Part shown: piece after piece, positions 1 through 9,620 of the stretch
Layout of the letters: every line of letters begins with the position of its first letter
How positions within the stretch are numbered: the first letter of the stretch is position 1
Source: Alphaproteobacteria bacterium
GTDB taxonomy: Bacteria; Pseudomonadota; Alphaproteobacteria; SP197
Direction: 5' to 3'
Length of the DNA: 64,000 nucleotides
Assembly (NCBI GenBank): GCA_964291265.2
Contig: OZ219747.1
Span: forward strand, 1,568,001-1,632,000
The notes under the pieces: generated by a model
What the model saw: the letters and a program-made list of their open reading frames with translations, nothing else
The model's database searches: none
What the model was told of the DNA's origin: nothing
Program-made: the position numbers and the translations under genes

Positions 1-543
1 ATTGGAGCCCTGCTGCTCGATCACCAGATCCCCAAGGCCGCCGGACACGCCGGCAATCTCGATGATGTCGCCGGCCTCGAAACCGGTCATGGTGTCGGCC
101 CCGTCCCCCACCGCGAAGGCGAAGACATCGGCCCCCAGGCCACCATAGAGGTAGTCGTTGCCTCGGCCGCCCGTCAGCCGGTCGTCGCCCTGACCGCCGA
201 ACAGGCTGTCGATGCCGTCACCCCCCTCGAGCGTGTCGTCACCGTTGCCGCCATAGAGCGTGTCGTCCCCAGCGCCGCCGGTGAGAATGTCGGCGCCCGC
301 GCCGCCGTCCAGCGTGTCGTCGCCCGCACCGCCGTCCAGCGTGTCATCGTCCGAACTGCCGGGGTTCATGTCGAGAAAGCTCGCGTCGGCGTCCGGGTTT
401 GCGGTTCCGCCCGTCAGCGTGTCGTCCCCGGCCCCGCCGGTGAGGATGTCGTCTCCGAGGCCGCCGGTCAGCGTATCGTCGCCGATACCGCCCGTCAGCG
501 TGTCATCGCCGGCGCCGCCGGTCCGGGATATATCCTGTGTCAT
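1..543 (-). CDS. RTX/hemolysin-type calcium-binding repeat protein (runs off window start)
   Basis: Hand translation from ATG 543: [43 protein letters not shown]...[33 protein letters not shown]; many GGxGxDxL nonapeptides; purine-rich RBS upstream; absent from ORF track because it is open at the edge. Confidence 0.9.
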   Translation of the reverse strand, partial: MTQDISRTGGAGDDTLTGGIGDDTLTGGLGDDILTGGAGDDTLTGGTANPDADASFLDMNPGSSDDDTLDGGAGDDTLDGGAGADILTGGAGDDTLYGGNGDDTLEGGDGIDSLFGGQGDDRLTGGRGNDYLYGGLGADVFAFAVGDGADTMTGFEAGDIIEIAGVSGGLGDLVIEQQGSN

Positions 544-923
544 CGCGCCTCTCCCCCCTTGTGGTCGATCTGCCATGCGGCAGATGAACATGATTCAGTG
601 CCGCAATCCTCTCACATGACCGCGGCCGAGGCAATGCTCCGACGGTCACAAGAGCGTGAGAAGTATGAGTATCCGGCCGGGCCATTGTCTGCTGCAACGG
701 ATTGACCAACAATTCGCCCCATGGAGCGTCATCAACAGTCTCTGGATGCTGACGCGCCGCATGGGAGATTCCCGAACGTGGAATTGGCGGGTTGATGATG
801 ACAGTGCGGGAATGCCTTGGCGGGCTTCTGCGGCGTACTTGCCGCGCCGGTGCGCTGCGAGATCGGCCGGGACTGCTGATTCTTCGTTTCCACGGATATC
901 CAGTCCGAGCCTGCCTACCGCAG

Positions 924-1101
924 GACCATTCTGTTGTCGCGATCGGCGGTGGATAACCGGGTCAGAGGCCGTTCTTGAAGTGGGTGGCACCTTCTCGATG
1001 TCGGAACCGGCATATCGACAACGAAATCCTGTCCCGAATGGACCTCCAGATCTACCTACAACGCCCCTTCATCGGACGAAACCGGACAAAAGAAGAGCCC
1101 T
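924..1101. repeat. ~175-bp dispersed repeat, inverted copy at ~34540-34713
   Basis: GGACCATTCTGTTGTCGCGATCGGCGG...GGCACCTTCTCGATGTCGGAACCGGCATATCGACAA matches the reverse complement of 34540-34713 at high identity. Confidence 0.8.
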
Positions 1102-1140
1102 GCTGCCTACCGGGATTACCGGTGCGGGCCTAAGCGGAAG

Positions 1141-1261
1141 GTAGGCGTTCGGTCACGCGGGGATTGGGGCGATGACCGCGCTGACCGCGATGCGAGTCCC
1201 GGAGCAAGGCTTGGTTGCCACTGTCATCCTCATCATCGTCAACCATTGACCGAGAGCTTCC
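1141..1261. mobile_element. IS66-type MITE (family A)
   Basis: Begins GTAGGCGTTCGGTCACGCGG; degenerate inverted end; homologous to the reverse complement of 16400-16523. Confidence 0.7.
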
Positions 1262-1790
1262 GGCGCGCTGATGCTGACAACAGTTGCGCGGGCGGACTCT
1301 CCCACCGATGGCTCCGGGCCGGCCTTCTGCCACGGCGCGCAGGCAGTGGTCGCGTAACCTGACGGCCTGTTGTCCGCCTGCCCGGACCGGCCGGTTGCCG
1401 CGGCGCAATCCGCCGACCCCCGACCAGGTGCCGCCGGCACCGCCCGGGCGTTATCTTGAGGCAGGACAGCGAGCGCAGGAGAAACATAAGCGCTGCCGAC
1501 CTCCAGCCCAGCTGGAGCGGCCTGAAGGCGCTGGCCACCAAAACAGGCTTCGCTGAGTCGGCCCCGCAGGCCGCGAAGCCTGCCCGAGGAGTGACGCACG
1601 GCGCCGACAGCAGATCGACATCGGCACAATTCCGCCATGCCGTCCACGCGGTTAATCCGGCCCGGGGCCGTGCGGCAACCGATGACGACATTCCGACGCA
1701 CTGCTACAGTCTCTGTGGAAATCGCGGTTGGCTCCACGGGGCGCTCGACGCGGACTCGATGCCGGGGGACGGGGTATTCGGGGGCTTGCG

Positions 1791-4219
1791 CTGCCCTTTA
1801 GTCATAAATCGTGCTGGACAAGATGATTCGGATGGTGCACCCTGCCCTGCATGGAAGCACACATTCCGATCAAACGCGTCCTTGAGGACCAGCTCGATCG
1901 CCTGCAGTCGATCGTCACCGAGAGCGGCGATAGTAGTCAAAACCGCCTGGCGCTGGAAGTGTGCCGGCACTTCGGCCTGCGGGACGCACGGGGACGCGAG
2001 CGGGTATCAAGCTGTGTCGTGGCCCTGAAGCAGCTGGCATCGCAGGGCAGGATCGAGGGCTTGCCGGAGCCCTCCGGTCAGCGGCGTCGGGCACCGCCCC
2101 GCCGACTCGGCGAGGCGGTGGAGAAGCCGCGTGATGTGCCGGCGAGCGTGGCGGCGATCCAGGGTCTGCGGATCCTGCTGGTGCGCACGGATGCCGAACG
2201 GGCGTACTGGAACGAACTGATGGCGCGGGAGCACTTTCTCGGCGCTCCCATTCTGGCCGGTCATCAGCTGCGCTATCTGGTGGATTCCGCTCACGGCTGT
2301 CTCGGCGGTTTCGGCTTTGCCGCAGCGGCGCTGAAGGTGGCGGATCGGGATGCCTGGATCGGCTGGGATGCCGACCGGCGTCGTGCGGAGCGACACCGGG
2401 TGCTGTCGATGAGCCGGTTTCTGATCCGGGTGCCGGTTGCGAACCTTGCGTCGAAGACGCTGTCGATGTGCCTGTCTCGCCTGGGCGCCGATGTTGCGCA
2501 GCGCTACGGGTTCCTGCCATGGCTGGTCGAGACCTATGTCGACCCGACGCGCGACGGTGCGAGCCTGCGGGCGGCGAACTGGCAGCTCGTGGGGTTCACC
2601 CGGGGCCGAGGCCGTCAGGACCGCGCGCGCGAGATGGCCGAGAGCGTCAAGGCCGTGTACATGTACGTTCTGGACCGGGACTGGCGGCACAAGCTGGGGG
2701 TGGCGGAGCCGATGCCGGCCCTGTCCCCGGGGGAGGGTCTGGACGCCTCGGCGTGGGCGCACCACGAGTTCGGGGGAGCGCCGATCGGCGACCGGCGTCT
2801 GAGTGCGCGCCTGGTGGAGATTGCACGAAGACAAGGAGAGAGTCCGATGTCGTCCTACAGCGGTCTGGCGCGCCCGGATCCTGCCGGTGTCCGGGCCTAT
2901 TATCGGTTCCTGGATCAGCCGGAGACGTCGGCGGTGACCCCGGCGAACATCCTGGCGCCGCACCGTCAACGAACGGTGCAGCGGATGTGCGGCCAGCGGG
3001 TGGCGTTGTGCATTCAGGACGGGACGGACCTGAACTTCGCGACCCGTCCGGGCTGCGACGGTCTGGGCATCATCGGCACGAACCAGACGGCCTCGCAGAC
3101 CCTGGGCCTGCACCTGCACGCCAGCTACGTTGTCAGCGGCGAAGGCCTGCCGCTGGGGGTGGCGCGTCTTGCCTTCGACGCTCCTCCCCGCCCCCGGGCA
3201 AAGACCGGTTCGGGCGAGGATGTCGAGATGTCCCGGCGCAAGTCGCAGCGCTGGCTCGACGGTCTCGACGACATCGCGGACCTCGCGGCCCGGACGACCG
3301 GGGTGAAGGTCGTGTGCGTGATGGACCGGGAAGCGGACTTCTTCGAACTGTTCGACCGGTGCCGGCAGCATCGCCGTCTGTCGATGCTGGTGCGGGCTCG
3401 ACATGACCGGGTCCTCAAGCGCGGGGCTGCGAAGCTGTTCACCCGACTACGTACGTCTGCCTGCCGCGGCACCATGCAGATCGACATACCCCGCCTGACG
3501 GCCCGGCCGAAGTCCTCGGGGCGCAAGAAGCAGCCCGGCCGCACTGCCCGGCGGAACGCGGTGCTGGAGTTGCGCTGGTTGTCGACCACGCTGCCGGCGA
3601 CCGCTGGCTGCCCCGATGCCGCGCCCGTGGCCGTGACCGCGCTGCATCTCCTCGAGACGGCCCCGCCGGCCGGGGAAGCTCCGGTGGAATGGTTCCTGTT
3701 GACCGACCTTCCTGTGGACCACGCCGAAGCGGCCCAGGAGATCGTCGGCTGGTACGCGCTGCGCTGGCGGATCGAATGCTGGTTCCGGGTGCTGAAGTCC
3801 GGCTGCCGGGTGGAGCACCTGGCGACGCGCAAGGCCTGCCGCCTGGAACGGCAGATCACCATCCACGCCGTGATCGCCTGGCGTCTTGCCCTGATGACCC
3901 TGCTCGGGCGGGATGTGCCGACGATGAAGCCCGACTGCCTGTTCTCGGACCTGGAACTCCGCTTCCTCGGCGACTATGCCCGGCGATACCGGCTGGACCC
4001 GCCCGACACGCTGGGGGCGGCGGTGAAGCTGGTGGCGATCCTCGGCGGGTATCTGGACCGCAAGCATGATCCGGCGCCGGGCAACCAGACGATGTGGCAT
4101 GGCTATCCGCGACTGGCCACCGCTGCCCTGGCCTATGAATGCCTGCTCGAGGCCCTCGATCTGGATCCGACGTCGGAAGGACACGATCACGTCCTGCACG
4201 ATTTGTGACTAATAGGTAG
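1791..4219 (+). mobile_element. Complete IS4-family insertion sequence
   Basis: 24-bp imperfect terminal inverted repeats (TIRs) CTGCCCTTTAGTCATAAATCGTGC / rc CTACCTATTAGTCACAAATCGTGC; 8-bp TSD GGCTTGCG at 1783-1790 and 4220-4227. Confidence 0.9.
1851..4208 (+). CDS. IS4-family (Tn5/IS50-like) transposase with N-terminal DUF4338 (DruA-like) domain
   Basis: WAHHEFGGAPIGDRRL, IQDGTDLNF, MDREADFFE, YALRWRIECWFRVLKSG (Y-R-E-K signature), AILGGYLDRKHDPAPG; N-terminal HFLG..GHQLRYLV..DRDAWIGW..RFLI..NLAS..PWLVETYVD..AANWQLVGFTRGRGR. Confidence 0.9.
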   Translation: MEAHIPIKRVLEDQLDRLQSIVTESGDSSQNRLALEVCRHFGLRDARGRERVSSCVVALKQLASQGRIEGLPEPSGQRRRAPPRRLGEAVEKPRDVPASVAAIQGLRILLVRTDAERAYWNELMAREHFLGAPILAGHQLRYLVDSAHGCLGGFGFAAAALKVADRDAWIGWDADRRRAERHRVLSMSRFLIRVPVANLASKTLSMCLSRLGADVAQRYGFLPWLVETYVDPTRDGASLRAANWQLVGFTRGRGRQDRAREMAESVKAVYMYVLDRDWRHKLGVAEPMPALSPGEGLDASAWAHHEFGGAPIGDRRLSARLVEIARRQGESPMSSYSGLARPDPAGVRAYYRFLDQPETSAVTPANILAPHRQRTVQRMCGQRVALCIQDGTDLNFATRPGCDGLGIIGTNQTASQTLGLHLHASYVVSGEGLPLGVARLAFDAPPRPRAKTGSGEDVEMSRRKSQRWLDGLDDIADLAARTTGVKVVCVMDREADFFELFDRCRQHRRLSMLVRARHDRVLKRGAAKLFTRLRTSACRGTMQIDIPRLTARPKSSGRKKQPGRTARRNAVLELRWLSTTLPATAGCPDAAPVAVTALHLLETAPPAGEAPVEWFLLTDLPVDHAEAAQEIVGWYALRWRIECWFRVLKSGCRVEHLATRKACRLERQITIHAVIAWRLALMTLLGRDVPTMKPDCLFSDLELRFLGDYARRYRLDPPDTLGAAVKLVAILGGYLDRKHDPAPGNQTMWHGYPRLATAALAYECLLEALDLDPTSEGHDHVLHDL

Positions 4220-4315
4220 GGCTTGCGCCGCCGTGACGGCGACCGGCTTGGAACAGAACCCGCTTACAGTATGCTTGCACCATACCGACCGTACTTTTGC
4301 GCACAGGCCGGAACC

Positions 4316-7300
4316 ATGCCACAAGAAACTGATACAAATACAAAAAACATCCGATCCGAAGGTAAGGTTCGTATCGGGATAGATGTGGGCGGGACCTTCA
4401 CGGACGTGGTGCTGGAAGGAGACGGTGTTCGCTATGCCGCCAAGACCCTGACGACGGCAGCGCCCGCCGAGGGATTCATGACCGGTCTCATGGAGGTGAT
4501 GGAGGCTGCCGGCGCCGTTGCCGGTGACGTGGGTCTCGTCCTTCACGGCACGACCCTGGCAACCAACGCCCTGATCGAGCGCAAGGGGGCCGTCACGGCA
4601 CTTTTCGTCACCGAGGGCCACCGGGATTCCCTGGAGATCGCCTACGAGAACCGTTTCGACCAGTATGACATTCTGGCCGACCGCTCCCGCCCCCTGGTGC
4701 CGAGGCGCCTCAGGCTCCCGGTGCCCGAGCGGATCAACGCCAGAGGTGAAGCGCTGGTGCCGCTCGACGAGGAGGCCGTCGCGTTCTGGATCGACCGCCT
4801 TGTCGAACTCGGTGTCGAGAGTGTCGCCGTCGGTCTGCTTCACGCCTATGCCAATGCGCAGCACGAACGGCGCATTGCCGACATGATCGCCGAGCGGTTG
4901 CCCCACCTGGCGGTCTCGATCTCCAGCGACGTCTGTCCCGAGATCAGGGAGTACGAACGCCAGACGACAACCGCGGCGAACGCCTACATCAAGCCTGTCA
5001 TGGCGGCCTACCTCGCCGATGTGGAACACGCCCTCGAGGAAGCGGGATTCACCTGTCCGTGTCTTCTCATGACCTCGGGCGGCAGCCTCGTCACCATCGC
5101 GACGGCGCGGGCGTACCCGGCAAGGCTGATCGAGTCGGGGCCTGCGGGAGGGGCGATACTGGCCGGTCACATTGCCCGGACCATGAGGGACGACAAGGTC
5201 GTCAGCTTCGACATGGGAGGCACCACGGCCAAGATCTGCCTGCTCGATCACGGTGAACCGCTTCTGGGCCGCCATTTCGAGGTCGACCGGGCCCATCGCT
5301 TCATGAAGGGAAGCGGCATACCGCTCAAGATTCCCGTCGTGGAGATGGTCGAGATCGGCGCCGGCGGAGGTTCCATCGCCTCCGTCGACCAACTGGGCAG
5401 GATTCAGGTGGGACCGCAGAGTGCCGGCGCCGAACCCGGACCGGCATGCTATGGCAAGGGCGGCGCCGATCCCGCGGTCACGGATGCCAACCTCGTCCTG
5501 GGGCGCCTCGACGCGGCGGACTTCGCCGGAGGCGCCTTCAATCTCGATCCGCGAGCCGCGGCTCAGGCGGTTCTGGGGGGCGTCGGCGAGCCGCTGTCGC
5601 AGACTGCCGTCGAGGCGGCGCTGGGCATCGTCGAGATCGTCGACGAGAACATGGCTGCGGCGGCCCGCGTGCATGCGATCGAGCGAGGCAAGGAGATCGA
5701 GGACCGCACCATGATCGCCTTCGGCGGCGCGGCGCCCGTTCATGCTCTGCGCGTCGCCGAGAAACTGGGCATTCGCAAGGTCGTCGTTCCGGTCAACGCC
5801 GGCGTCGGATCGGCTGTCGGACTGCTGCTTGCTCCGGTGGCCTACGAGGTGGTGCGCAGCCACTACCAGCGCCTTTCCCGTTTCGATGCCTCCACCCTCA
5901 ATGTGCTCTTCGACGCCATGAGCCGGGAGGCGCACGACGTGGTGTCCCGGGGCGCACCGGGGCAGGCGGTGAGAGAGCATCGCCACGCCTTTGCCCGCTA
6001 CATCGGGCAGGGTCACGAGATCCGAATCGATCTTCCGGACCGGGCGCTCGCCGACGGGGACGCAGGTTGGATCGCCGATGCCTTCGAGGACGCCTATCGA
6101 CAGCAGTTCGGCAGAACGGTTCCGGGTCTCGAGGTCGAGGTGCTGACCTGGTCGCTGACGGCCGTGGCCCGCGTGGACCGTTCTCCCGCCGGCCGGATGG
6201 CGTCGGCGGGGATCACCGGGGCCGGCGTGAGGTCGTTCCGTGGAATCGTCTTCCCTGGGGACGACGAGGCGAGCAGGACCGCTGTTTTGCCGCGTCATGC
6301 GCTGGCGCCGGGAGAGGAGGTGACCGGTCCTGCAGCGATCGTCGAGAGCCAGACCACGACCATCGTGTCGTCCGGCTGGCGGGGTTCCCTCAAGGCAGGC
6401 GGACATCTCGTTTTCGAGCATGGCAGGGATGTCACCGCGCATCTGGTGGCGGGACTGCGGCATCAGGTGCTGTGGGACCGGCTCGTCGCCGCCGTCGAGG
6501 AGCAGGCGCAGGCGATCATCCGCACGGCCTTTTCGACGACCGTGCGCGAAGCAGGCGATCTGTCAGCAGGCATCTTCGATCTCCAGGGGCGCATGCTGGC
6601 CCAGGCGGTCACCGGGACGCCCGGCCACGTCAACGCCATGCCGGCGGCGGTCGGCTTCTTTCTCGAAAAGTACCCCCTCTCCTCCATGAAGGAGGGTGAC
6701 GTCTTCGTCACCAACGATCCCTGGCACGGTACCGGGCACCTCTTCGACTTCACGGTCGTGACCCCGTGTTTTCGCAACGGCGCCGCGGTAGGGCTCTTTG
6801 CTTCGACGGTTCATGTCGTCGACATCGGGGGGCCGGGTTTCGGTCCCGACTCGGGCCAGGTGTACGAGGAGGGCCTGTGCATTCCGATCATGCGCCTCTT
6901 CGATGGCGGCGAGGCCAACGAGAGCGTGTTCGAGATTATCCGGGCCAACGTGAGGGAACCGGTCCAGGTCGTCGGCGACCTCTATTCGCTCGCCACCAGC
7001 AATGATGTGGGCTGCCGGCGCCTGAGGGAGCTGATGGACGAGTTCACGATGAACGGTCTCGAGGAGATCGCCGATCACATCATCACCACGTCGAAGAACG
7101 CCATGCTGGAGATCATCGGCGCGCTTCCTCACGGAACCTGGACCCATGCGATGACGGTCGACGGCTACGACGACCCGGTCGATCTCAGGGCCTCCCTGAC
7201 GGTGTCGCGGGACGGCATCGATATCGATTTTGCCGGAACGTCTCCCATGTCGCCCTACGGTATCAACGTGCCGATCACCTATACCCAGGCCTACGCCACC

Positions 7301-8035
7301 TTCGGCGTACGGTCCGTTGTCGGCCGCGACGTTCCCAACAACACGGGTTCGCTGGAAACGGTCAGGGTCGCCGCGCCGGAGTACTCCATCCTCAATGCGC
7401 CGCGGCCGGCGGCCGTGACCGTGCGCCACGTCATCGGCCAGATGCTGCCTGACGTGGTTCTGGGCTGTCTCGGTCAGGCGTTGCCCGGACAGGTGCCGGC
7501 CGAGGGAAGTTCGAGTCTCTGGAATCCCTCGTTCATAGGCGGTCACGGGGTCACCGGGAGCCACGACTACGGTAACGCGACGCCGTTCTCCGTTACCGTC
7601 TTCCATTCCGGCGGCACCGGCGCCAGGCCCGGAAAGGACGGCCTGTCGGCGACCGCGTTTCCTTCGGGAGTGCGGAACACGCCGGTCGAGATCACCGAAT
7701 CCATCGCGCCTCTCATCTTCACCCGCAAGGAACTGCTCCTGTACTCCGGCGGCGAGGGCAGATACCGCGGTGGAGACGGACAGGTCATCGAAGTGGAGCA
7801 CGCCGAAGGCGCCCCCTTCGCCGTCCTGGCGCTGTTCGACCGTATCGATCATCCCGCCCGCGGCCGTGACGGCGGCGGCAGCGGCGCGCCCGGAGCCATC
7901 CGTCTTGCCGGTGGAGAGAATCTCAAGGGCAAGGGGAAACAGATCGTGCCTGCAGGGGAACGGCTCATCCTAGAACTCCCGGGGGGCGGCGGTCTGGGAG
8001 CGGCAGGGCCCGGGGAGACCGATGCCGCCGGCTGA
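4316..8035 (+). CDS. Fused hydantoinase A/B (5-oxoprolinase-family) ATP-dependent amidohydrolase
   Basis: IGIDVGGTFTD, HGTTLATNAL, ESGPAGG, DMGGTTA, GAGGGSIA, FGGAAPVH; HyuB half AFSTTVREAGD, NDPWHGTGHLFD, PVEITE, PGGGG; start approximate. Confidence 0.92.
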   Translation: MPQETDTNTKNIRSEGKVRIGIDVGGTFTDVVLEGDGVRYAAKTLTTAAPAEGFMTGLMEVMEAAGAVAGDVGLVLHGTTLATNALIERKGAVTALFVTEGHRDSLEIAYENRFDQYDILADRSRPLVPRRLRLPVPERINARGEALVPLDEEAVAFWIDRLVELGVESVAVGLLHAYANAQHERRIADMIAERLPHLAVSISSDVCPEIREYERQTTTAANAYIKPVMAAYLADVEHALEEAGFTCPCLLMTSGGSLVTIATARAYPARLIESGPAGGAILAGHIARTMRDDKVVSFDMGGTTAKICLLDHGEPLLGRHFEVDRAHRFMKGSGIPLKIPVVEMVEIGAGGGSIASVDQLGRIQVGPQSAGAEPGPACYGKGGADPAVTDANLVLGRLDAADFAGGAFNLDPRAAAQAVLGGVGEPLSQTAVEAALGIVEIVDENMAAAARVHAIERGKEIEDRTMIAFGGAAPVHALRVAEKLGIRKVVVPVNAGVGSAVGLLLAPVAYEVVRSHYQRLSRFDASTLNVLFDAMSREAHDVVSRGAPGQAVREHRHAFARYIGQGHEIRIDLPDRALADGDAGWIADAFEDAYRQQFGRTVPGLEVEVLTWSLTAVARVDRSPAGRMASAGITGAGVRSFRGIVFPGDDEASRTAVLPRHALAPGEEVTGPAAIVESQTTTIVSSGWRGSLKAGGHLVFEHGRDVTAHLVAGLRHQVLWDRLVAAVEEQAQAIIRTAFSTTVREAGDLSAGIFDLQGRMLAQAVTGTPGHVNAMPAAVGFFLEKYPLSSMKEGDVFVTNDPWHGTGHLFDFTVVTPCFRNGAAVGLFASTVHVVDIGGPGFGPDSGQVYEEGLCIPIMRLFDGGEANESVFEIIRANVREPVQVVGDLYSLATSNDVGCRRLRELMDEFTMNGLEEIADHIITTSKNAMLEIIGALPHGTWTHAMTVDGYDDPVDLRASLTVSRDGIDIDFAGTSPMSPYGINVPITYTQAYATFGVRSVVGRDVPNNTGSLETVRVAAPEYSILNAPRPAAVTVRHVIGQMLPDVVLGCLGQALPGQVPAEGSSSLWNPSFIGGHGVTGSHDYGNATPFSVTVFHSGGTGARPGKDGLSATAFPSGVRNTPVEITESIAPLIFTRKELLLYSGGEGRYRGGDGQVIEVEHAEGAPFAVLALFDRIDHPARGRDGGGSGAPGAIRLAGGENLKGKGKQIVPAGERLILELPGGGGLGAAGPGETDAAG

Positions 8036-9620
8036 TTCCTCCGGAGAGCGCCTGCCAGGGAATATCCGGCGTATCGGCGCCTGCGTGTCCTTCCATGCCG
8101 CCGACGGGGGCGATCGCGAGGCGGTTGTCGCCGGGACCGTCAGGATGACCTACCGGGATCTCGACCGATCGGTGCGGCGCTGGGCGAAGGCGTTTCTCGC
8201 CGCCGGACTGGGACGCGGTGACAGGGTGGCCATGCTGGCGCCTGCCTCGACGGAATGGCTGGCGGTCATGCTCGCGGTCACCGACATCGGTGCCATCTGG
8301 ACAGGATTCCATCCGCGCTATCGTCTTCCGGAGTTCCGTCACGTCACGGCGTTGACCAGGCCGAAGGTGCTTGTTGTCTTCCGCCATATTCACGGCAGGG
8401 ACTATGCCGCGGAACTTCGTGCATTGCGGGAAGAGACATCGACGCTCGTCGACATGGTGATGGTCGACGAGCCCCTCGACGATGCGACCGTGGCCGGGAC
8501 CTTCCTGGAAGCGGGCGCCGCCATCAGCGATGCGGTCCTCGCCCGCCACCGGGACGCCGTGACGATCGACGATACGGCGGTCCTCATCTTCACGTCCGGC
8601 ACGACGGGTCGGCCCAAGGCGGCCATGGTGCGCCACCGTGCGCTTCTCGTCGGCGCCATGGTCGAGAACGAGCACTGGCCCATGATACGCCCGCGCATGC
8701 TTCACATGATGCCCGTCAACCACATCGCGGGGATCGGCATGACGGCCGTCTTTGCCCTGTGGACGGGTGGAACCCTTGTCTTCCAGTCCAGGTTCGAGGC
8801 GGGCGATCTGCTGCGTCTGATCGAGGAGGAACGGATCGATCACGTTCTGGGGTCACCGGTCCAGTTTCACATGATGGCCCATCACGCGGACTTGGAGCAC
8901 CGCGACCTCGGGAGTCTGAAGTACATCACGTGGGGAGGCGCACCGATGGCGGCGTCCCTGGTGGAGAGGCTGAACAGGCTGCCGGGCCACTTGTGCACCA
9001 GTTTCGGCATGACCGAACTCGGGCTCTACGTCACCTTCACCAGGCCCGACGATGACTTCGAGGTCCTGAGCAGCACCATTGGCAAGCCCCACGCCGGTTT
9101 CGACATCCGCATTGCCGATGCCGAAGGATACATTACGCCACCGGGAGGCCGCGGAGAGATCCAGGCAAGGGGGCCATGGCTTCTCGCCGGTTACTGGGGC
9201 GATGAAGAGGCGACGCGTCAGGCCTACACGGCTGACGGCTGGTTTCGCACGGGCGATGTCGTGCGGGTGCGCGAGGACGGCAACCTGGAGATCGTCGGGC
9301 GGACGAAGGAGATGTACCTCTCCGGTGGATTCAACATCTATCCGCGGGAAATCGAGGTGGTTCTCGAGGAGCATCCCGATGTCGGCCTGGTGGCCGTCAT
9401 GGGTGTTCCCCACGAGGTGTTCGGCGAGGTCGGCCACGCCTTTGTCGAACCCCGTCCCGGCGCCCGGCCCGGGACCGGTGACCTCGATCGCTGGTGCCGC
9501 GAACGCCTTGCCAACTACAAGGTGCCCAAGACCTTCGAAGTCGATCGCGAACTGCCGCGCCTGCCCATCGGGAAGATCGACAGGCAGGCCCTCAAACGGC
9601 GCCTGGAGGCAAGGAGATGA
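8022..9620 (+). CDS. Class I adenylate-forming enzyme (acyl-CoA synthetase)
   Basis: FTSGTTGRPKA, FGMTE, GWFRTGD, GGFNIYPREIE, LANYKVP, GKIDR. Confidence 0.92.
   Translation: MPPADSSGERLPGNIRRIGACVSFHAADGGDREAVVAGTVRMTYRDLDRSVRRWAKAFLAAGLGRGDRVAMLAPASTEWLAVMLAVTDIGAIWTGFHPRYRLPEFRHVTALTRPKVLVVFRHIHGRDYAAELRALREETSTLVDMVMVDEPLDDATVAGTFLEAGAAISDAVLARHRDAVTIDDTAVLIFTSGTTGRPKAAMVRHRALLVGAMVENEHWPMIRPRMLHMMPVNHIAGIGMTAVFALWTGGTLVFQSRFEAGDLLRLIEEERIDHVLGSPVQFHMMAHHADLEHRDLGSLKYITWGGAPMAASLVERLNRLPGHLCTSFGMTELGLYVTFTRPDDDFEVLSSTIGKPHAGFDIRIADAEGYITPPGGRGEIQARGPWLLAGYWGDEEATRQAYTADGWFRTGDVVRVREDGNLEIVGRTKEMYLSGGFNIYPREIEVVLEEHPDVGLVAVMGVPHEVFGEVGHAFVEPRPGARPGTGDLDRWCRERLANYKVPKTFEVDRELPRLPIGKIDRQALKRRLEARR

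Noticed and set aside
260-619. Ser/Pro-rich repetitive + strand ORF
   Set aside because: Antisense shadow of the RTX repeats on the minus strand
4187-7852. Long antisense ORFs opposite real genes (also 2007-3404, 37947-39314, 53247-56006)
   Set aside because: Typical high-GC shadow ORFs with no family motifs
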